DNA from: an uncultured Bacillota bacterium
GTDB taxonomy: Bacteria; Bacillota_I; Bacilli_A; RF39; UBA660
Direction of reading: 5' to 3'
Assembly (NCBI GenBank): GCA_905205665.1
Contig: CAJLEF010000001.1
Span: forward strand, 15,120-79,119
DNA: 64,000 nt
Both the position numbers and the translations under genes were made by a program. This document shows positions 45,398 through 53,800 of the stretch, in pieces; the stretch's first letter is position 1, and each line of letters begins with the position of its first letter. The notes below the pieces were generated by a model that saw only the letters and a program-made list of their open reading frames with translations, did no database searches and was not told where the DNA came from.

Positions 45398-46842
45398 TTG
45401 TCAATCCTCCTTTGTTTCGTAAAGTTTTGTTCGGTAAGTAAAGGGCTTCTTTCGGTGTTTTTAGAAAAATTGTTTTTAAGAAGACCTTGCATTAAATATT
45501 TGAAGTCAAAAGGGGCTAGAGGATAAAAATAAGGTTCATCTAATGTTTTAATTTCAATAACATGAATGAGAAAATAGATAAAAGCTAAAACGATGCCATA
45601 AAGGCCATACAAGGCCGCGGCAAAAAGAAAAATAATTCTAAAATAACGCGCGGCATCAACAAGTTCTATTTCCGTAAATATTAAACTTGTAATAAAGGTA
45701 AAGGCAATGACAATAATCATAATCGGACTAACAAAACCTGCTGATACGGCTGCTTCACCAAGTATTAAAGCTCCAAGTATGGAAATAGCACTTCCGTAAG
45801 TGTTAGGAAAACGAAGATCACTTTCTCTTAAGATTTCATAAATAAAAAGCATTAAAATAGCTTCTACCAAAGTAGGAAAAGGTACATTATTTCGTTGAGC
45901 CGAAAAGTTAATAAGTAAAGAAGAGGGAATAGTTTCAGGATTATAATTAATAAGAGCAATGTAAAGACCAGGTGCCATCATTGTTATAAAAAAACACATA
46001 AAACGTAATACTTTTAAAAAATTAATATTATTTGTTTTACGATAATCATCACTGACAGGATTAATAAAATCACCAAAAAAAGCTGGCAATATAAGAGCAA
46101 AAGGGGATGTATCTATTAAAATAACTATTTTTCCGGCCATTAAAGCACTAGATACATAATCAGGTCTTTCTGTTTTAATAACTGTTGGAAAATTAGTCTT
46201 GTTTTCTTCTTCTAAATATTCGGCAATAACACCGGAATCAATAATACCATCAATATCTATTTTTTTAAGTTGTTTATAAATTTTATCAAGACTATCTTTT
46301 TTAACAATATCATCAAAATATAAAATGTTTAAAGTTGTATTAGTTTTTCTACCTATGACAACATTTAAGGCTTTCAAGGTGCTAGATTTAATTCTTCTTT
46401 TAACAAGACCTAAATTAATTTGAATATTTTCTGTAAAAGCATCTTTAGGTCCAAATACGTCCTGTTCTGTTTTAGCCTCTGGTATTCCTCTTGTAATATC
46501 TGCTTTGGTTTCTAAAGCTAAAATCTCACTACCTTTAATAACAATAGTAAAGCCATTTGTTATATAAAATTCGATTTCATCTATTTTATTTAAAATTAAA
46601 GTATGAGGTGCAGGAATTAAACTTTGAATATCCTTAAATGATTTCTTTTTTAAGGCTGTTAAAAGAGTAATGTTTTTTAAAATATAATCATTAACTTTAT
46701 CACTACCAGTGACACTTTCTAAATATAAAACGTACAAAGTTGTTCGATAGTTTATCTTGATTTTTTTAATGACAAAATCCGTATTGTTTTCAAATTGTTT
46801 TTCTATTTGCCTTAAAATAATATTTTGCATTGATATCACCAT
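45394..46842 (-). CDS. Spore germination protein, GerAA-type subunit
   Basis: Soluble N-terminal domain plus a C-terminal 4-5 TM bundle. Conserved blocks TERPDYVSSALMAGKIVILIDTSPFALILP and FPNTYGSAISILGALILGEAAV. Confidence 0.85.
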   Translation of the reverse strand: MVISMQNIILRQIEKQFENNTDFVIKKIKINYRTTLYVLYLESVTGSDKVNDYILKNITLLTALKKKSFKDIQSLIPAPHTLILNKIDEIEFYITNGFTIVIKGSEILALETKADITRGIPEAKTEQDVFGPKDAFTENIQINLGLVKRRIKSSTLKALNVVIGRKTNTTLNILYFDDIVKKDSLDKIYKQLKKIDIDGIIDSGVIAEYLEEENKTNFPTVIKTERPDYVSSALMAGKIVILIDTSPFALILPAFFGDFINPVSDDYRKTNNINFLKVLRFMCFFITMMAPGLYIALINYNPETIPSSLLINFSAQRNNVPFPTLVEAILMLFIYEILRESDLRFPNTYGSAISILGALILGEAAVSAGFVSPIMIIVIAFTFITSLIFTEIELVDAARYFRIIFLFAAALYGLYGIVLAFIYFLIHVIEIKTLDEPYFYPLAPFDFKYLMQGLLKNNFSKNTERSPLLTEQNFTKQRRIDK

Positions 46843-46863
46843 TTTTAATATGAAACAAAGGAA

Positions 46864-47527
46864 AAAAATTTATGCGTTTCTTGAAAAAAAAGTTTGCATA
46901 TGATACTCTTTTAAAAAGAAAGCGATGATTTTATGAAAGTACGTATTGAAAAATTTGATTATGAAGGTAGAGGACTTTGTCATATTGATGGTAAAGTGAC
47001 TTTTGTTCCTAAAACTTTAAAAGGCGAAGTTGTTGATATCAGTTTAGAAAAGAGTGAAAAGCATTATAACGTAGCTAAACTTAAGGAAATAATAGAGAAA
47101 AGTCCGGAAAGAATTCCTTCTTTTTGTCCTTACAGTAGTCTTTGTGGTGGTTGTACTTTTTCGCATCTTTCCTATGCAAATTCCCTAAAGTATAAAAAAG
47201 AAATTATCAGTGATTTATTAAAACAAAACAATATTTCTTTTTCTTCTTTAGAAATAGAACCTTCAAGGCCTGTTTTAGGATATCGTAATAAAGTAAGTTT
47301 AAAAGTAGAAGAAAAAGAGTTTGGCTACTACGAAGAACAAAGTCATCGTTTCATTCCTATTAAAAATTGTTATTTGTTAAGTCCTTTTATTGAAAGTCTT
47401 TTAAAAGATTTTTCTATGTTTCATTTTCAAAATGGCGAACTTATTATACAAACAAATAGTAAAGGGGAGATGCTTTTAAATATTAAAACCCAAGATAAAA
47501 TTTCTATTTTAGAAGAATTTACTAAAC
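46864..47527 (+). repeat. Direct repeat copy A (promoter region plus the first ~198 codons of the rlmD-like gene)
   Basis: It aligns without gaps, apart from a 1-nt length difference in the leader, to 48224-48886. Roughly 95% identical by eye. Confidence 0.85.
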
Positions 47528-47559
47528 CATTACAAAGATCTTTATTGAAACATTTTTAA
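46933..47559 (+). CDS. Truncated duplicate of the RNA uracil-C5 methyltransferase (TRAM plus Fe-S Cys cluster only); possible pseudogene
   Basis: Its 208 aa are near-identical to residues 1-198 of the 48292 gene, then diverge (TKPLQRSLLKHF) and stop. It lacks the whole SAM-binding domain. Confidence 0.6.
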   Translation: MKVRIEKFDYEGRGLCHIDGKVTFVPKTLKGEVVDISLEKSEKHYNVAKLKEIIEKSPERIPSFCPYSSLCGGCTFSHLSYANSLKYKKEIISDLLKQNNISFSSLEIEPSRPVLGYRNKVSLKVEEKEFGYYEEQSHRFIPIKNCYLLSPFIESLLKDFSMFHFQNGELIIQTNSKGEMLLNIKTQDKISILEEFTKPLQRSLLKHF

Positions 47560-47688
47560 TCATATATAATTTAATCAGAAAGAAAAGTATATGAAATAAA
47601 AAAATTATGCTATAATTAACATTAATTGATGAGCAGATGTGCTAACGATGGTTAAAAACAAGAGTTTTTTTTGGAAAAGGAGAAATTT

Positions 47689-48066
47689 ATGAGAAATGGT
47701 TGGAAACAAGGAGCTGTTATTATTTCTATATCGATTTTGTTAGTGAGTATTTACTTGGTTTATAATTTTATAATTAATCCTAGGGATGAATTTGGAAATC
47801 GTTGTCAAACACTTTATAATCAAAAACAATATGAATTAGTTACAAAGGACAAGATTGATATTCCTGAAAAATCTTGTTTTGTGTCGGAATGCTGTTCTCA
47901 TGTGGCAACTTTTCGTTCTAAAAAAGATTATGAATCTTTAACAAAAGAGTTAGAAAATTTAGAAAAAAGTTTAAATTCTGTCTATTCTGATTTAGAATTT
48001 GAAATTAATGTTACGCAACATGATTTTTATAATACTTATATAATAAAGTATTATAAAAATAAATAA
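47689..48066 (+). CDS. Small membrane-anchored hypothetical protein (cassette gene between the repeats)
   Basis: ATG 47689 after AAGGAGA. MRNGWKQGAVIISISILLVSIYLVYNF signal anchor. Cys motif CFVSECCSH. Confidence 0.45.
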   Translation: MRNGWKQGAVIISISILLVSIYLVYNFIINPRDEFGNRCQTLYNQKQYELVTKDKIDIPEKSCFVSECCSHVATFRSKKDYESLTKELENLEKSLNSVYSDLEFEINVTQHDFYNTYIIKYYKNK

Positions 48067-48080
48067 TATATTAGGTAGGG

Positions 48081-48121
48081 ACTGTTGAAAAATTATGTAA
48101 TTAATTTCGACAGTTTTTTTC
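48081..48121 (+). terminator. Rho-independent terminator of the cassette gene
   Basis: ACTGTTGAAA ... TTTCGACAGT (one G-U pair) followed by T7. Confidence 0.6.
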
Positions 48122-48223
48122 TTTACATATGGAAATTTTTCAAAATTTATTTTCTTTTGGTGAAGAAACTTATCTTTATATTGTAGAGATAAATTATAGG
48201 TGATAGTTTAACTAAGGATTAAC

Positions 48224-48886
48224 AAAAATTATGCGTTTCTTGCAAAAAAAGTTAGCATATGATACTCTTTTAAAAAGAAAGCGATGATCTTATGAAAGTA
48301 TGTATTGAAAAATTTGATTATGAAGGAAGAGGACTTTGTCATATTGATGGTAAGGTGACATTTGTTCCTAAAGCTTTAAATGGGGAAGTTGTTGATATCA
48401 GTTTAGAAAAGAGTGAAAAGTATTATAATATTGCTAAACTTAAGGAAATAATAGAGAAAAGTCCGGAAAGAATTCCTTCTTTTTGTCCTTACAGTAGTCT
48501 TTGTGGTGGTTGTACTTTTTCGCATCTTTCCTATGCAAATTCCCTAAAGTATAAAAAAGAAATTATCAGTGATTTATTAAAACAAAACAATATTTCTTTT
48601 TCTTCTTTAGAAATAGAACCTTCAAGACCTGTTTTAGGTTATCGTAATAAAGTGAGTTTAAAGGTACAAGAAGGAGAGTTTGGTTACTATGAAGAACAAA
48701 GTCATCGTTTCATTCCCATTAAAAATTGCTTTTTGTTAAGTACTTTTATTGAGAGTCTTTTAAAAGACTTTTCAATGTTTCATTTTCAAAATGGTGAACT
48801 TGTCATTCAAACAAACAGTAAAGGGGATATGCTTTTAAATATTAAAACCCAAGATAAAATTTCTATTTTAGAACAATTAACGAAAA
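48224..48886 (+). repeat. Direct repeat copy B
   Basis: See copy A. It covers the leader and 5-prime half of the full-length methyltransferase gene. Confidence 0.85.
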
Positions 48887-49488
48887 AGCACTCGATTAAA
48901 GGTATTTTACTTAATAATAAACTGGTTTATGGGACCAATATTTTAGAAGAACAAAGAGGAAATATTTATTATCGTTATTCTTTTCATTCCTTCTTTCAAG
49001 TAAATGCCTATATTTCTGAAAAGATAAAAGAAGATGTCATGGATTATGTGAGGTCTAAAGATGAAGTATATGATCTTTACTGTGGAGTAGGTTTCTTTTC
49101 CCTTCCTTTAGCCTTAAGGGCAAAGAGTGTTATTGGTATTGAAGAAAACAAAGAAGCTATTTTAATGGCTTTAGAAAATGCTCGATTAAACCATATTGAA
49201 AATGTTTCTTTTAACGTTGGCAAAGTAGAAGAAATTTTACCTAAAGTACATCATGATATCACGCTTGCCTTAGTAGATCCACCAAGAAGTGGCTTAAAAC
49301 CTATTGTTATAAAGACACTTGTGGATGCTAATATTCCTAAAATTTTATATATTTCTTGTCATCCCTTAACCTTAGTAAGAGACTTAAAAGAGTTTACCAA
49401 ATACTATGAAATTGAATCCATAAAGCTTTACGACATGTTTGCTTACAGTAAGCACGTAGAATGCCTTTGTGTTTTAGAAAGAAAATAA
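48292..49488 (+). CDS. 23S rRNA/tRNA (uracil-C5)-methyltransferase, RlmD/RumA/TrmA family
   Basis: TRAM N-terminus, Fe-S cysteines FCPYSSLCGGCTF, SAM motif DLYCGVGFFSL, catalytic PPRSG and ISCHP. Confidence 0.85.
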   Translation: MKVCIEKFDYEGRGLCHIDGKVTFVPKALNGEVVDISLEKSEKYYNIAKLKEIIEKSPERIPSFCPYSSLCGGCTFSHLSYANSLKYKKEIISDLLKQNNISFSSLEIEPSRPVLGYRNKVSLKVQEGEFGYYEEQSHRFIPIKNCFLLSTFIESLLKDFSMFHFQNGELVIQTNSKGDMLLNIKTQDKISILEQLTKKHSIKGILLNNKLVYGTNILEEQRGNIYYRYSFHSFFQVNAYISEKIKEDVMDYVRSKDEVYDLYCGVGFFSLPLALRAKSVIGIEENKEAILMALENARLNHIENVSFNVGKVEEILPKVHHDITLALVDPPRSGLKPIVIKTLVDANIPKILYISCHPLTLVRDLKEFTKYYEIESIKLYDMFAYSKHVECLCVLERK

Positions 49489-49490
49489 TT

Positions 49491-49964
49491 ATGAAAGATT
49501 TTAAAATAATAAATTTTGATTTAGAGAATATTGAACATATAAAATTATTAAATAATTTTATTTCATCCCCTGGGAGTGAATTAGTATCAAGCAATGTATC
49601 TAGATTTGTTATTAGAAATTTAGAATTAAATAAGAAAGATAATATCACAAATGTTTTTATTATAGATAATGACAATAATAAAATAGGTTTAGCTTTTTTA
49701 AATTATCATCCTAAAAAAGAATATAATGGTGTTATGCTTCCGGAAGAAATAGAAATAGGTTTGGGCTTATTACCTGAGTATAGAGGAAAACGTTTTGGAA
49801 CATTATTTGAAAAAGAGTTTAGCGAGTATTTACTTAATAAATATCAAAACTTTAATGAGATTGTTGCTAGAGTTGATGATGATAATATTAAATCTAAAAC
49901 GGCCGTTATGAATTCTGGCTTTGTTCATATACAAGATGATGAATATCATTATAAGAGAAGATAA
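49491..49964 (+). CDS. GNAT-family N-acetyltransferase
   Basis: EIGLGLLPEYRGKRFGTLF is the acetyl-CoA-binding motif A (Q/RxxGxG/A). About 157 aa. ATG 49491 lies just after the rlmD stop. Confidence 0.68.
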   Translation: MKDFKIINFDLENIEHIKLLNNFISSPGSELVSSNVSRFVIRNLELNKKDNITNVFIIDNDNNKIGLAFLNYHPKKEYNGVMLPEEIEIGLGLLPEYRGKRFGTLFEKEFSEYLLNKYQNFNEIVARVDDDNIKSKTAVMNSGFVHIQDDEYHYKRR

Positions 49965-50156
49965 TAAATAACTTCATATATTATTTATTCGGGGAGCAGT
50001 AACTCTAGACCTGTAAAATTTATGGTGGTTTCTGTCGAAAGTTTCGTAGACAAGACGGTATTAGATGTCTTAAAAAATTTCAATTAAATGAGAATTCAAT
50101 TTGTGTAAATAAAAGTACTAAGTTTTATAGTATAATCTAGATGTAGTAACACTAGA

Positions 50157-50741
50157 ATGAGGTGAAGTACGCAAAATAAAGATTGGCGTAATTATCAAAA
50201 TAGAACTTTAAATGCTAAAGTATCTAGTTTATTAATAGAATTTTTAACGAAATATAATGATATAAAGACGATTGTTGATTTAGGTTGTGGTGCCGGTAAT
50301 GAATCGGTTTATCTCTTACGAAAGGGTTATAAAGTCACAGCGGTTGATAGACAATTAAACAAATCTTTTATATTAGATAGATTAACAGAAGAGGAAAAAA
50401 ATAGTGTTTCTTTTATAGAAAGTGATTTTAAAAATTTAATATTACCTCAGGCTGATTGTGTAATAGCCATGTTTAGCATCCCTTTTTGTGAGCCAATATA
50501 TTTTGACGAGTTATGGGATAAAATTTATTCTTCTTTAAATAATAATGGCTATTTTGTTGGCCAATTATTTGGTAATAGAGATGCTTGGGCAAAGTTAGAT
50601 TCGGTAAACACTTTCACTAAAAAAGAGGTATTAGAAAAACTTTCAAAATATGAGATACTTCTTTTAGATGAAAAGGAGTATGTAAGGGAAAGGGACAATA
50701 AAAAGTGGCATTATTTTAATATCATAGCTAGAAAAAAATAA
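50157..50741 (+). pseudogene. Class I SAM-dependent methyltransferase with an in-frame TGA at codon 3
   Basis: The frame reads ATG AGG TGA, then stays open for 192 codons, including the SAM motif IVDLGCGAGNES and acidic loop VTAVDR. There is no ATG, GTG or TTG between the stop and the motif. The ORF track reports only the last 90 aa. Confidence 0.6.
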
Positions 50742-50768
50742 AGTCAAGATAAAAACTTGGCTTTTTTT
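50742..50768 (+). terminator. Rho-independent terminator
   Basis: AGTCAAG-ataaaaa-CTTGGCT (one G-U pair) followed by T7. Confidence 0.5.
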
Positions 50769-50812
50769 CACGCAAACTGTATAATAAATATAGATGATAA
50801 GTGGGTGGAACG

Positions 50813-53800
50813 ATGATAAAAAATGTTTTTGATATTAATCATTTCAATGTCTTTAGTGACGAAGAAAATTATTATTTTTTTAGAGCTCTTGAAGATGGAG
50901 ATATTAAGTTAATCCAAAATAAGACAATTGTAGATGAAAAAGGAAATCTAAAAAAGCTTGTCACAGATAGAGAAGTTTATGGTGAAACTATTTTTAAAAA
51001 GAGCGATGCCCTATCTTTAGAGCAGATGTTAGAACATGTTAAAATGAATTACAATAAACATACTAATTGTATTTCTTTTTCGACAAATGCCAATGTTGCT
51101 TTAGACTATGGACGCAACGTATTTCACGATAAATATGTTATGTTAAAAGTACCTAAAGATGAAGCCAACAAAAAACTTATTTTTGCTGGGCAATACATGC
51201 TTGAACAAATAAATCAAAAATTAGAAGATTATTATCACAGTTTAAAGCAAAACCAGAAAGAAGATGCTCTTGTCAAATATTATTTTGATTTTATTAATAA
51301 TGCTAGTAATGAAGAACAATTGGATAAGGTAAGAAAAATGATAACCAAAGATTATGTTAACGAATCAGATAGCATTTTTGTAGGAGGTCTAGACAAAATA
51401 ACAAATTCATTAAATTATGGGGCTCTTAATCAAGAACAAAATTTTTTGAAAAATAAAATTTATTTAAAAATGGATATTATGAATCGACACCATCCAGTGT
51501 TGAAAAAAATTGGCAATCGTTTTTTAATTCATACCATTGGTAATGCGTTTTCTTCTATAGAATTTATCCATTACAATGATGTTGAAGGTGGTATTAAGGA
51601 AGTAAGTCCTGAAATTATGGATGTTTTATCTTTACTTCAACAGTTAGAGGAAACACCTCTTATAAAAGAACTCAAAGAAGAAGTTATCAAGAAAATAAAT
51701 GAAGGTGTTAAAATGACTACTCATTTTGACTTAGAACAATACGATACGAATGCTTTTAAAAAGAGTTTAGATTTAGAAAAAGTTTATGAACTTACTAAAG
51801 GTCGAATGTCTTATCAAAAAGCTATTACTACCTACACGAAAACGTATACCCTCGTTAAATCAAAACTTCGAAAAGAAAAAAGTCTTTCTTTATTGAAAGA
51901 AATCATCAATGATAGAAAATATGATGCTGTTATCGAAAAGATGAGAGAAAAGACTTACGGTATTGAAAGTGGACTTACGAACCGCATCTCTAGTAAAGGC
52001 AATATAAGGCTAAGTGAATCTGTAAATTTACAAATAGTAGAAAGTGAACGTTATTTACTTGATTATGTAAATAAAATGGATATTTCTAAATTGGAAGACG
52101 TGTTGCAAAATCCTTTTGCAGAGTTACAAAGTTTGATTGTGAGTAATTATAAAGAGGAGCAATCATTTGATGCTTGGTTTTTAAATAATCTTTTTGGTTT
52201 AATTGACTGGTCCTATTATAATGTTCAGGAAAATTTAAGCGAAAGTCAAAAAAAATTACTATTAACGAATAGTTTTCCTAAAAATAGTTTAGGAAAAATT
52301 TATCATAAATTGAAAGAAAAAAAATTTGATGATAAGGCGATAGTTAACATATTTTTAATGTGGATTATTAGGAAAATGGATAAAGTGGATGCAAACAATT
52401 GCGTATCCCTAGATGAATTAGAAGAATTTTTTGGATGCAATAAAATCAAAAATACTCAAATTATTTTAAAACCCTATCAAAGAGAAGCTATTCAAAATAT
52501 CAATGAAGCTTACAAATATCATGATTTTACATCAGTCATTTTACCAACCGGCACAGGTAAAAGCTATGTTTCTTTATCTGAGATGCACTATATGGAAATC
52601 GAAATCAATAAATTAGATAAAAATAAACATGCACGCATGCTTTATTTAGCACCAAATGAATATATTTTAAACCAATTAGAACGTATTATTGCTCTAAATT
52701 ACCGTTCTAATTATCCTTTTTATTATCGTGATAAAGAAATTGTTAAAAGTGTTTTCCCTAATTTGACATTATGTACTTATCAGTATTTGAACCAGGGAAA
52801 AGGTAACTCTGATATCATCAACAATAAATATGATTTTATTGTTTTAGATGAGCTTCATCGGGCAGGAGCTAGTGAATGGCAAAAAAGTATAGATAAATTA
52901 TTAGAAAATCAGACAGCTAAAGTACTCGGTATGACGGCAACCCCAGAAAGAGATACGGATAAAAGAGATATGACAGAGATTTTTGCTAAAAAATATGGTT
53001 ACACCGAAGAAGAAATTTTAGCAGAAAGACACTTATCTTACAATATGGATTTATTAGATGCGATAGAAAGAGGAATTATTCACAATCCAAAAGTTATAAA
53101 TTGTGAATATTCTCTTATAAAAGATGGTAGTTTGGATGAACTCGAATTAAAAATAGATGATATTATAGATGAGAGCAAAAAAAAATCCAAAAAAAGTGAA
53201 TATGAAAGGATAAGAAAAGAGATTAATGAAGCTGATGGCATTGATAAAATTCTAAATGAAAATTTGTCTTTGGATGGTAAATATATTGTTTTTATTCCAG
53301 TGGCTAGAAAGAAAAATGGGGTTTATACAAATACCGAATCCGGTAAAGAACTAACCGAAACGCAAGCTCAAAGTATGATAAAAGCTTATCAAAATTTAAT
53401 GAATCAATTATTATTTTCGGGACAATATTTAAAAAAGCATCACAAACCATTACAAAATATATATCATAAGATTAATCAAAAAGAAGTACTATCTAAAGAA
53501 GAATTGAACTATTTAAATGAGGAAAAAGAAAATATCTTATTGCTTGTCAAATTACACATAAATAATATGCCTAATGCCCTTCAAACATTCGCCAATGATA
53601 TGGCTTTGGCCATTATTAACTATATGAATTGGACACCTCTTATTGATACTAAAATAGCATCTATTTTAAAAAATAAATTAAAAGATGAAATCGAAACGTA
53701 TTGTATGTTATCGGATAACTCCCAAAAACAAAATGCCAAAAATTTAGCAAACTTTAATTCCTCAAAATCATCCAAGAAAAAATTTATGTTTGTTATAGAT

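Noticed and set aside
46933-47559. The truncated rlmD-like copy considered as an independent functional paralog.
   Set aside because: It ends exactly where similarity to the full-length gene stops, and it lacks the entire SAM-binding and catalytic domain. It is more simply read as a by-product of the duplication, although expression as a TRAM-only protein is not excluded.
50157-50165. TGA at codon 3 of the methyltransferase read as Trp (genetic code 4, Mollicutes-like).
   Set aside because: TGA clearly terminates well-supported genes in this window, for example at 6007-6009, 18190-18192 and 24606-24608. The standard code 11 therefore applies.
50813-51300. An R...S-T-N...E spacing in the helicase N-terminus (FFRAL, ISFSTNANV, then MLEQ or SSIEF), reminiscent of R-S-E ADP-ribosyltransferases.
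   Set aside because: The candidate Glu motifs do not fit the usual (Q/E)xE pattern or spacing, and I cannot verify the fold from sequence alone. I keep it only as something a structure prediction could test.
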